Assembly (NCBI GenBank): GCA_049967195.1
Contig: JBMFTE010000003.1
Coordinates: forward strand, 1 to 48,436
Direction: 5' to 3'
Source: Nitrososphaeria archaeon
GTDB lineage: Archaea; Thermoproteota; Nitrososphaeria; Conexivisphaerales; UBA164
Length of the DNA stretch: 48,436 nt
Under the pieces are notes generated by a model. The model was not told the DNA's origin. It made no database searches and saw only the letters and a program-made list of their open reading frames with translations. The translations under genes were made by a program, and so were the position numbers. Below, in pieces: positions 19,009 through 27,404 of the stretch (its first letter is position 1; each line of letters begins with the position of its first letter).

Positions 19009-19341
19009 TTAACTTTCCCTATTCCATTTTAAATCCCAGCTTGCAAGCTGCTTGAGCACGCCTGAAAGCTCAACCCCCTTCTGAGTGAGGGAATATTCCA
19101 CCTTGGGCGGGGAATCCTGCGTTACCTTCCTTTTTATTATGCCTTCATCTTCCAGTTCATCAAGCCTTTCGCTCAGAGATCTTGAACATATTCCCTTTAT
19201 GCTGCGCTTTAATTCGTTGAACCGGGCCGGTTGCTCCCTGTCCAGGAAAATTACAATCGGAAAGGTCCAGGTTTTGGAAATTTTATTGAGTACCGTTATG
19301 AGCTCTTCCCAGTTCAAATTGTCTGACCTTTCGGCGCGCAT
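19009..19341 (-). CDS. HxlR-family transcriptional regulator
   Basis: RFNELKRSI, LSERLDELE and PPKVEYSLT; likely start ATG 19341 (the longer ORF runs into promoter DNA). Confidence 0.88.
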   Translation of the reverse strand: MRAERSDNLNWEELITVLNKISKTWTFPIVIFLDREQPARFNELKRSIKGICSRSLSERLDELEDEGIIKRKVTQDSPPKVEYSLTQKGVELSGVLKQLASWDLKWNRES

Positions 19342-19536
19342 TAAAAGGCAAATCACTTGTATTATTGATAAATGTTTCTTTAAAAAAAGCTGCACTTGTG
19401 CACTTGAACGTAAAACAAAAATCATGAAGCTCAATATTGACGACGCTGCCAAAAAATGGTTCATGTACTGGTTGCCACATTGCCTGCCAAATGATTGTGA
19501 AGAAATGCTTATTATTTTAACATATATTTTACCTGC

Positions 19537-19944
19537 ATGGAAGTTGGCGTGCTAAAGGAAATTATTGAAAATGACCCCTTCCTGAAGCTGCTAGGCATCA
19601 GGGTAGAAAAAATACAGGCTGGGTCATGCAAGCTTGTACTGAACTACAGGAGTGACCTCACAAGGTTTGGCAACATCCTGAACGGTGGTGTCACGGCAAC
19701 CCTAGCTGATGCGGCAGGCGGGTGCGCCGCCCTATCATATAACCTTAGCAAAAACGAAGTTACCGTTGACCTGGACGTTTCATATTTGAGGCCAATCTCT
19801 GAAGGCCCTGTTGTGGCAGAATCATCAATTGTAAAAAGCGGGGAAAGCCTTACGTTCACGATCACAAACATATATGACGGGAAGGGAAACCTGTGCGCCG
19901 TGGCAAAGGGAACGTACTTTTATCTTGATGAATTCAATATTTAG
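19537..19944 (+). CDS. PaaI-family hotdog thioesterase
   Basis: PFLKLLGI, NGGVTATLAD and VTVDLDVSYLRP. Confidence 0.88.
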   Translation: MEVGVLKEIIENDPFLKLLGIRVEKIQAGSCKLVLNYRSDLTRFGNILNGGVTATLADAAGGCAALSYNLSKNEVTVDLDVSYLRPISEGPVVAESSIVKSGESLTFTITNIYDGKGNLCAVAKGTYFYLDEFNI

Positions 19945-20998
19945 CGCTCTCCCCTCCAAGAAGCTCTCTTGAAAGCTCCGACATGTCTGATATGCGGTTG
20001 CTAGTGAGCAGTTCCAGTGTCATTGTATCCCTGTAGAATCTTTCAACACCAGAATCCTCTATGTATCCATAGCCCCCATGCACCTGTAGAGACGCCCTTG
20101 AAACCCTTTTTGAAAATTCAAGTGCAAGCTCCCTGAGCATCATACCCTCCTTGACGCTTGTGATGTTGTACAGGTACTTTTCGTATATGTTAAATTCGGA
20201 TAAAAGCCGGGCAATGGAAAAGGCTATTGGCTGGAACTCTATAAGGTGCACATCGAACGCCTGCCTCTCCTTTGCATAGCTGACCGCCATGTCAAGCGCT
20301 GCTTCGCTCATTCCCAGCGCCATGGCTGAAACAGGATATGCCAATTCGTTGTAAAGGTTCTGCACTTCCCTCTCGCCACCGCTGCTGATGAGAATTGACT
20401 TCACCTCCGCGCCGTTAAATGCCACAGTAGAAAACTTGAGCCCCCTGAATCCGAGCTTCCTTGAGTCGTTTACAACATCAAAACCGCTGTCGACAAGCGC
20501 CAGCTGGCTGTCGTTTCCTGACTTTGCAAGCACAAGGCACAACTGGGCACTGGCATTTGGAACAAGGTCTGCAGTTCCGCTCAGGGTGGAACCTTCAATG
20601 GATACACTGCTTCCGCTAAGCAGGTAATTGATAATTGTACCAGATGCACTGCCTGATGCTATGCCGGGAACAATTTCCTGGGCCAGTTCCTTTGTTCCAT
20701 ACCTCAAAACCGGGCTGATGAACAGCGAATTCTGGAGCAAAACGTACATAGCCACAGAAGGTGAATGTTTGGCCAGCGCTTCAAGAAGCACCGTGTACCC
20801 ATTTTCGTCGAGCCCCGCACCCCCGTATTCCACGGGCGCCAGAGCACCGAGGAATCCCTTTTCAGCAAGACTGTTTAGAATCCCTTGAGTTACCCCTTCC
20901 CTCTCTATTTTGGGCACCAGCGGGTCTATCTCCTTCGCTGAAAACTCCTCGACGACCTGCTTTAACAGTTGTAACTCTTCACTGAGCAATTTGATCAC
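19934..20998 (-). CDS. Acyl-CoA dehydrogenase, probable non-catalytic subunit of a heteromeric ACAD
   Basis: ACAD fold with ERQAF and QVHGGYG, but no TEPxxGSD and no I[YW]EG catalytic Glu motif. Confidence 0.8.
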   Translation of the reverse strand: MIKLLSEELQLLKQVVEEFSAKEIDPLVPKIEREGVTQGILNSLAEKGFLGALAPVEYGGAGLDENGYTVLLEALAKHSPSVAMYVLLQNSLFISPVLRYGTKELAQEIVPGIASGSASGTIINYLLSGSSVSIEGSTLSGTADLVPNASAQLCLVLAKSGNDSQLALVDSGFDVVNDSRKLGFRGLKFSTVAFNGAEVKSILISSGGEREVQNLYNELAYPVSAMALGMSEAALDMAVSYAKERQAFDVHLIEFQPIAFSIARLLSEFNIYEKYLYNITSVKEGMMLRELALEFSKRVSRASLQVHGGYGYIEDSGVERFYRDTMTLELLTSNRISDMSELSRELLGGESAKY

Positions 20999-22106
20999 CC
21001 TGTATTGCCCTCTTTACAAGGGTTCTCGCAATTACAAGCTTTTCGATTTCGCTGGTACCCTCCCATATTTCAGTTATCTTGGAGTCCCTGTACAGCCTTT
21101 CAAGCCTCGTAAGCAGGCCTCTCTGCCCCATATATTCCAAGGCGCTGTCAGTAACTGAGTTGGCAACCTCCGCGGAAAAGTACTTGGCCATGCTGGTCAG
21201 GGCAGGGTCTGGGTTGAACTGGAAGACAAGCGATGCCGCTTTGTAGGTCAGCAAGCGCGCTGCCTCAATCTTTGTTGCAGATTCAGCCAAAACAAATTGC
21301 AGGCTCTCCTCATTTGACCCGGCCATTTTGACATAGTTCAGCAGCTCGTCAAGGGCACCCTGGGCTATCCCAACCGACTGGGCTGCAACGTAAACCCTGC
21401 TTATGTTAAAAAAGGTCATAATATAGTAAAACCCCTTCCCCACTTCCCCGACTATATTTTCTTTTGGAACCTTCACCCCTTCAAACTTGATCTCTGCGGT
21501 GTCAGTTGCCCTCATTCCCAACTTACCCTTTAGCTTGCTGACTGAAACACCAGGCCATTGCCTTTCAACAATTGCGACGCTCATCCCGTGGTGACGCTTT
21601 TCCTTTGAAGGTGGAGGCGAAGTCCTGGCAAGCACGTAGAAGAAATCAGCAATTGTCCCGTTGGTTATGAACATCTTCTGACCGTTGAGCAGGAACTCGT
21701 CATCTGACTGCTCGAGTTTGCTGCTGATGCCGGCCACGTCGCTGCCAGCTCCTGGTTCGGTAACCGCGACCCCGCTGATCTTGCTGCCGTTTAATACCGG
21801 TTCCATGTACCTTTGTTTTTGCCCGTCCGTACCGTACAGGAGAAGCAGTTCCGAGCCGAAAACTGACGCGAGTATGGACAGCCCTAGCCCCGGATCCACC
21901 CTGCAGAACTCCTCCATCGTCAGCAGCACGCCCCAGGGGTTATCTATCCTGACCAGCCCGGCTTCAAACGCCTTTTTCCTCAGTTCATATGGATAAAGCT
22001 CTTCCAGGTCATGCCTTGAAGCAGTTTCCTCCTTGAATTCCTCGTTGGCAAATTTCCTTGCCTTCTGCCTTACTTCTTCTGCATCTTCAGGCAGGCTAAA
22101 ATCCAT
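20979..22106 (-). CDS. Acyl-CoA dehydrogenase, probable catalytic subunit of a heteromeric ACAD
   Basis: Has TEPGAGSD, NGQKMFIT and IWEGTSE, but lacks RxxF and QxhGG. Start MDFSL (a TTG at 22112 is also possible). Confidence 0.88.
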   Translation of the reverse strand: MDFSLPEDAEEVRQKARKFANEEFKEETASRHDLEELYPYELRKKAFEAGLVRIDNPWGVLLTMEEFCRVDPGLGLSILASVFGSELLLLYGTDGQKQRYMEPVLNGSKISGVAVTEPGAGSDVAGISSKLEQSDDEFLLNGQKMFITNGTIADFFYVLARTSPPPSKEKRHHGMSVAIVERQWPGVSVSKLKGKLGMRATDTAEIKFEGVKVPKENIVGEVGKGFYYIMTFFNISRVYVAAQSVGIAQGALDELLNYVKMAGSNEESLQFVLAESATKIEAARLLTYKAASLVFQFNPDPALTSMAKYFSAEVANSVTDSALEYMGQRGLLTRLERLYRDSKITEIWEGTSEIEKLVIARTLVKRAIQGDQIAQ

Positions 22107-22108
22107 GC

Positions 22109-23287
22109 TCAATCAACCCTCTCAAGAACCACAGCGTAGCCCTGTCCTCCACCAACACACAGCGTAGCTACTCCGTATTTTCCGTGCCTTTCATTCAGGA
22201 TTCTGGCAAGTGTGCCCGCGATCCTTGCTCCCGTGGCACCAAGCGGATGGCCTATGGCCACTGCCCCGCCGTGCACATTCACCCTTTCAGGGTCAATTCC
22301 TAGTTCCCTTATTGCGTAAAGTGTAACCACTGCAAATGCCTCGTTGATCTCCCAGAAATCGATATCATCAACCTTCAGCCCTGCCCTTTCAAGTGCCTTT
22401 CTGCTGGCAGGCACGGGCCCCTTTCCCATCAGGTCCGGCTCAACCCCAGCCCATCCGGCAGACCTGACCTTTGCCATCGGTTTCAGCCCATACTTTTCAA
22501 TCATTTTCTCTGATGCCAGCATCACCAGGGAAGCACCGGCATTTAGCGGAGAGGAATTTCCAGCCGTTATGACACCACCCTGCGCGAACGATGCCGGAAG
22601 GTTTCTTATCTGTTCAATTGAGGTATCAGCCCTTATACTCTGGTCCCTGTCAATAACCAGGCTTTTGCCCTGGTATTCCACGATGACCGGCATAAGTTCA
22701 TGGGAAAGCCATTCAATTGAGCCGGCTGCAAGCCTGTGGCTGCGGTAAGACCACTGGTCCATATCCTCCTTCTTTATCCCGCTCACCTGGGCAAGCTTTT
22801 CCGCAGTCAGGCCCATCACATATCCCACATTCATGTTATATCTCATGTATTCAGGCCTGACCAGCAGCCTGTAGCTCGGAGTTATGTGGGGGTTATCGCC
22901 CAGCGGAACATGGGTCATGTGCTCCATTCCGCCGGCTAGCACTATGCCAGAATTTCCCGTATCTATTTCCATAGCCCCCATAGTTATTGCTGCGAGGGAT
23001 GAAGAACACGCCCTATCTATGGCCATGCCCGGAACCTGAATTGGAAGGCTCGCAAGGAGAACCGGATGCCTTCCCCCGTACAGCCAGTTTTCTGACACCT
23101 GAAATGCACAGCCGGTTATAACGTCCCCTATGTCCATAGGGTCTATTTTGTTTTTCTTGACAGTTGAGCTTATCAGCGATGCCAGAACCTCGTCCATACG
23201 GAGCCCGTTGTAAACGTCCTTTTCAGGTTCCTTTGGCCTGGACCTTGAAAATGGCGACCTCAAATAATCCACAATATATGCTTCCAA
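22109..23287 (-). CDS. Acetyl-CoA C-acyltransferase (3-ketoacyl-CoA thiolase)
   Basis: RACSSS, NEAF, GHPLGATG and LCVGGG. Confidence 0.95.
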   Translation of the reverse strand: MEAYIVDYLRSPFSRSRPKEPEKDVYNGLRMDEVLASLISSTVKKNKIDPMDIGDVITGCAFQVSENWLYGGRHPVLLASLPIQVPGMAIDRACSSSLAAITMGAMEIDTGNSGIVLAGGMEHMTHVPLGDNPHITPSYRLLVRPEYMRYNMNVGYVMGLTAEKLAQVSGIKKEDMDQWSYRSHRLAAGSIEWLSHELMPVIVEYQGKSLVIDRDQSIRADTSIEQIRNLPASFAQGGVITAGNSSPLNAGASLVMLASEKMIEKYGLKPMAKVRSAGWAGVEPDLMGKGPVPASRKALERAGLKVDDIDFWEINEAFAVVTLYAIRELGIDPERVNVHGGAVAIGHPLGATGARIAGTLARILNERHGKYGVATLCVGGGQGYAVVLERVD

Positions 23288-23295
23288 AAATTATT

Positions 23296-25281
23296 TCACT
23301 TCCCCCTGTACACAGGCTTCCTCTTTGAAAGAAGGCTTGAAACCCCCTCTTTCAGGTCTTCTGTCCCGTACAGCACGCCCATGGCAGTTGATTCCAGGTC
23401 GAGCCCCACGTCCTCTGGAACCTCTGCGGCCTTGTTGATGAGCTTCTTTGCCAGGGCTGCTGCTATAGGGGCTGAAGACGACGCTATCCCCTGGGCATAT
23501 TTAAGAGCTTCTGCATCAACATCGCCATCGAACAGTTTTGCCACCAATCCCATGTCATATGCGTCCTTTCCGGTGATCCTTTCACCGGTTAATATCATGT
23601 GTAAGGCTCTTGACGCCCCAGCCAGCCTGGTCAGCCTCTGTGTGCCGCCCCAGCCGGGAACTAGCCCCAGCGTCACCTCAGGGAATCCCATTATAGAACT
23701 GCTGGTTGAAACCCTGATGTCGCATGCGAGCGCCAGCTCAAACCCGCCGCCAAGCACGTAACCCTTCAGTGATGCTATTACAACTTTAGGGATCTCGGTC
23801 AGCTTGCGGAAAACTCGCTCCCCCCTTCTTGAGAACTCCATAAATGAAGCCGCATCAGCAAAGTATGCGCTGAGGTCTGCCCCGGCAGAAAAATTCGCCC
23901 CTCCCCCGGTGATAATGACCACAAAGGTTTCCCGGTCGTTCCATATTTCGTCTATTGCCCTGTCAAGCTCATTTATCACATCAACGCTCAGCAGATTGAG
24001 CTTTGGCCTGTTAATGCTGATTCTGGCAATCCTGTCCGCAACTTTCTCCACACTTATCACCTTGTATCCAGCCGGCTGTTGCGCTGGTTGCTGTGTCGCA
24101 GCTGCTGCTTCTTCCGCTGGTCTGAGCTTGCCTTCGATGGCATCCCTGAGCCTGCCATCCCTGATGCTGGCAGCCGGCTCAAAGACGCTGCACTGGAATT
24201 CCTTTGAGAGCTGCTCAAGCTTTTCCTTTGCCTCAGAACTTGTCATACTCTGCGCCACGGAAACTGGACCAAACGGCCTGTTGAGCCCAAGCTTGACTGC
24301 TGTCTCAATATCATCCGGAGAAGCCACGCCGAGTTCTATCAGCTTTACAGCTTCGTTTACTTCAAGCATAAGCACGTCAAGGAGAGTTACCTTGTCCGTG
24401 GGGCTGGCTGAACCAATAACCGCCTTCCCAGAACTCCACTGGTAGAACCCCCTGCCCGTCTTTCTGCCGAGCAGGCCCTTTTCAACCATCTGCTTTATCG
24501 TGCTGCACTTTGCATAATCTTCAGAGATTTCCTTGGCATAGTAAACCATTGAATCGTACACCACGTCAATCCCCACAAAATCCATCAGCTCATACGGCCC
24601 CATTGGTAATCCCTGGGATTTGGCAAACAGGTCAACCTCTTCCGGCTTGGCAATGCCCTTGTCAAGGATCAGGCAGAAGTACAGCATTTCAGGAGCCGAA
24701 ATCCGGTTTACGATGAAGCCTGCCACATCCTTTCTTACCTTGACGGGCACCTTGCCCAGCCCTTTTATAACTTCATATACGACATTTACAACGTCTTCGC
24801 TTGTGCTGTCGCCCCTGATCACCTCAACCAGCTTCATGATAACCGGGGGGTTAAAGAAGTGCACCCCAAGGAACCTAGACGGATTGGATACACTCTTTGA
24901 AAGTTCGGTTATCCTGATGTTGGATGTATTTGAACCTATTATGGCATCGGACCGGGCATATGAACTTATCTCACGAAACACAGTATCCTTTATTTCCTGC
25001 TTTTCAGGAACAGCTTCAATGATCAGGTCGGCGTCGCTTACACCTTCACTTATCTTTGTAAACGTCCTTATCCCTGCTACTATGCCCTGTGCGCTATCTT
25101 CGGTCATCGTCCCCCTCTTGACGAACCTTTCAAGGCTTTCCCTTATTTCCTGTATGGCCTTTTGGAGGGCGTCCTGGCTTACATCGATCAGGTTCACGGA
25201 AAAGCCCCTCATGGCAAAGAGCTCAGCTATCCCGTGACCCATTTCGCCCGCCCCTATTATCGCAACCCTATTAATTTCCAA
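23296..25281 (-). CDS. Fused 3-hydroxyacyl-CoA dehydrogenase / enoyl-CoA hydratase
   Basis: N-terminal GAGEMG and HFFNP; Ala/Gln/Pro linker; C-terminal FSAGAD, GGGFELAL and FPEV.LG..PGWGG. Confidence 0.95.
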   Translation of the reverse strand: MEINRVAIIGAGEMGHGIAELFAMRGFSVNLIDVSQDALQKAIQEIRESLERFVKRGTMTEDSAQGIVAGIRTFTKISEGVSDADLIIEAVPEKQEIKDTVFREISSYARSDAIIGSNTSNIRITELSKSVSNPSRFLGVHFFNPPVIMKLVEVIRGDSTSEDVVNVVYEVIKGLGKVPVKVRKDVAGFIVNRISAPEMLYFCLILDKGIAKPEEVDLFAKSQGLPMGPYELMDFVGIDVVYDSMVYYAKEISEDYAKCSTIKQMVEKGLLGRKTGRGFYQWSSGKAVIGSASPTDKVTLLDVLMLEVNEAVKLIELGVASPDDIETAVKLGLNRPFGPVSVAQSMTSSEAKEKLEQLSKEFQCSVFEPAASIRDGRLRDAIEGKLRPAEEAAAATQQPAQQPAGYKVISVEKVADRIARISINRPKLNLLSVDVINELDRAIDEIWNDRETFVVIITGGGANFSAGADLSAYFADAASFMEFSRRGERVFRKLTEIPKVVIASLKGYVLGGGFELALACDIRVSTSSSIMGFPEVTLGLVPGWGGTQRLTRLAGASRALHMILTGERITGKDAYDMGLVAKLFDGDVDAEALKYAQGIASSSAPIAAALAKKLINKAAEVPEDVGLDLESTAMGVLYGTEDLKEGVSSLLSKRKPVYRGK

Positions 25282-25287
25282 TTTACT

Positions 25288-25629
25288 TCACTGGGTAGCT
25301 TTCTTCACAACTGATACAAGCTTCTGCGAAAGGAATACGTCCCCCGAAACCTTGAGCTTTCCCATAAAGAATGCCCGTACTGCATCAGTCTTGCCTGTTA
25401 TCACATCGCTGAGAACCTGGTCATCTGCTGAAATAACGGTGTCCGACTTCTGGCTACTTCCCTGGGATAGCAGGGCAGAACCGTCGCTGTTGAAATTCAC
25501 ATAGTACTCTGGGCCGTTATTTGGCTTGAACTGGAATGTCTTCCCGGCAAACTGCTTCAGTTCTTCTTTGAGCGATGAATTTGCGTTTAATTTGTTCACA
25601 ACACTTTCCAAAACTTCATAGGAGGTCAT
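25288..25629 (-). CDS. SCP2 sterol/lipid-binding domain protein
   Basis: AFFMGKLKVSGD motif; likely start ATG 25629; first gene of the beta-oxidation operon. Confidence 0.88.
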   Translation of the reverse strand: MTSYEVLESVVNKLNANSSLKEELKQFAGKTFQFKPNNGPEYYVNFNSDGSALLSQGSSQKSDTVISADDQVLSDVITGKTDAVRAFFMGKLKVSGDVFLSQKLVSVVKKATQ

Positions 25630-25712
25630 TTCGGATTGTAATATGCCACGGTTTCTTATAAACATTTTTGAACACAGATTTCAACTAGGGGTTTATCGCT
25701 CTGCACGGTCAT

Positions 25713-25726
25713 AGAAAATTTAATAT
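25713..25726 (+). promoter_or_regulatory. BRE/TATA promoter for etfB (near-leaderless)
   Basis: AGAAAA-TTTAATAT about 30 nt before the ATG at 25752. Similar AAAATTTAA elements precede the genes at 6709 and 29408. Confidence 0.5.
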
Positions 25727-25751
25727 TTGTCAAGCTATACTTTACACTTAG

Positions 25752-26483
25752 ATGAACTATAGTATTTTTGTCCTGGTCAAGGCAGTTGCTGACGACGTAA
25801 GAATAGATCCGAAAAGCCGGGAACCCTCAGTTGCCGGTTCCAAGTATAAAATGGATGACATAAGCAGGAACGCGGTTGAAGAAGCCGTAAAAATCAAGGA
25901 AAAGCACGGCGGAAAAGCCGTGGGAATCATATTCGGGGACGATTATGCAAGCCTGGTCATTAAGGAGGCGCTGGCTATGGGTCTCGACGAAGGGGTGATG
26001 ATAAAGGGGTACAGGGAAAATGACCCCAGAATCACGGCACAGGTGATTTCAAAAAAGCTGCAGGAAGGGCCATGGGACCTGGTTCTTATGGGATATTCGT
26101 CCGCGGACAGTTACACGGCACAGCTTCCGGCCAGGATTGCCAGGCTGGTGAACAGACCACTCATGGGAAACGCCGTTAAACTTGAGCTGAACGAACGCAA
26201 GGCAAGGGCCACCCTTGAACTTGAGGATTTCAATGCCCTGGTTGAGGGCGAGCTGCCGCTTGTTATATCTGTTGCCCAGGAAATCAATGTTCCAAGGATA
26301 CCGACGTTGCTGCAGATTATGGCTGCATCAAGGAAGCCGCTCAGAGTTGAAACCCCTGCAATAAATTACCTTGATGACTCCAAAGTGGTAAGCAACGTCG
26401 CGCCTCAATCTGCAAGAAAGAAGGTAATTTATGAAGATATAGAAAAGGGGATTGACGAGGTATCAAAAGTTCTGAAGACCTAG
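25752..26483 (+). CDS. etfB: Electron transfer flavoprotein beta subunit
   Basis: AVEEAVKIKE, ALAMGLDEG, GYSSADSYTAQ and INVPRIP. Confidence 0.92.
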   Translation: MNYSIFVLVKAVADDVRIDPKSREPSVAGSKYKMDDISRNAVEEAVKIKEKHGGKAVGIIFGDDYASLVIKEALAMGLDEGVMIKGYRENDPRITAQVISKKLQEGPWDLVLMGYSSADSYTAQLPARIARLVNRPLMGNAVKLELNERKARATLELEDFNALVEGELPLVISVAQEINVPRIPTLLQIMAASRKPLRVETPAINYLDDSKVVSNVAPQSARKKVIYEDIEKGIDEVSKVLKT

Positions 26484-27373
26484 GACCTGAGGGCCTGGAC
26501 CAGCTTTGGCACGACAACGTACAGGTCGCCAACCAGCCCATAGTCGCATTCATTAAATATCGGGGCGCTTTTGTCCCTGTTGATTGCTATAACGATTTTT
26601 GAATCCCTCATTCCAACTATGTGCTGGATCTGGCCTGATATTCCAAGCGCAATATAGATCTTCGGCTTGACCCTCTTTCCCGAGAGGCCGACCTGCCTTT
26701 CCTCCCCAAGCCAGTGCAGGTCTGAACAGACTGGCCTGCTACCGGCAAGCTCTGCCCCAAGTGCCGTAGCCAGCTGCTGAGCTACTACCAGGCCCTCATT
26801 TTTTCCTATACCCCTCCCCACGGCAACTATGATGTCTGCCTTAGTCAGGTCAACTGACCCCTTTTGTTTTTCCTCCCTTGAAACAAGGTTTATGCCACCA
26901 CTCTGGACATGTACAGTTGTTACCTCATGCTCATATGGCTTATCCGGAACCAGCGGGTTTGTAACGCCAGCCATAACGGTAAAGGCTCTGGCCGATGTCA
27001 CCTTTTCCATCACCGTCTTCCCGCCATAATAGAATCTGGTCACCCTTGCCCGACCATCCTCCAGCCCAAATGACATTATTTCCGATTCCATGGGCATGTT
27101 CAGGTCCTGCGAGACCATTGCAGCCACTTCCCTACCTGCTGTTGTTGCTCCAGCAAAAAAGTAGTCATAACCAGTTACAATGTCTTCAAGTGATTGAGCA
27201 ACGGCCTGAGGGTCGTATGGATAACCGTCTAACAGAAATACCTTTCTGGAAGCAAAGAGCTGGGCTTCACTGCCTTGCCCCGCAAAGGCTACGTCAGTTT
27301 CCATTTTCCCGTTAAGAAAGTTCAGCATCTCCTTTACGAGTTCCGCACTTTCAGAAAATACGAGGCCCTTCAT
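26480..27373 (-). CDS. etfA: Electron transfer flavoprotein alpha subunit
   Basis: VGRG, GSRP, QVGLSG, GISGQIQH and APIF; likely start ATG 27373. Confidence 0.93.
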   Translation of the reverse strand: MKGLVFSESAELVKEMLNFLNGKMETDVAFAGQGSEAQLFASRKVFLLDGYPYDPQAVAQSLEDIVTGYDYFFAGATTAGREVAAMVSQDLNMPMESEIMSFGLEDGRARVTRFYYGGKTVMEKVTSARAFTVMAGVTNPLVPDKPYEHEVTTVHVQSGGINLVSREEKQKGSVDLTKADIIVAVGRGIGKNEGLVVAQQLATALGAELAGSRPVCSDLHWLGEERQVGLSGKRVKPKIYIALGISGQIQHIVGMRDSKIVIAINRDKSAPIFNECDYGLVGDLYVVVPKLVQALRS

Positions 27374-27404
27374 AAATTTAATTTGCGCCGCGATGTTATA
27401 AACT

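Noticed and set aside
19934-20998. ACAD pseudogene
   Set aside because: The ORF is full length and uninterrupted, and it retains exactly the motifs its neighbour lacks; a heteromer subunit is the better explanation.
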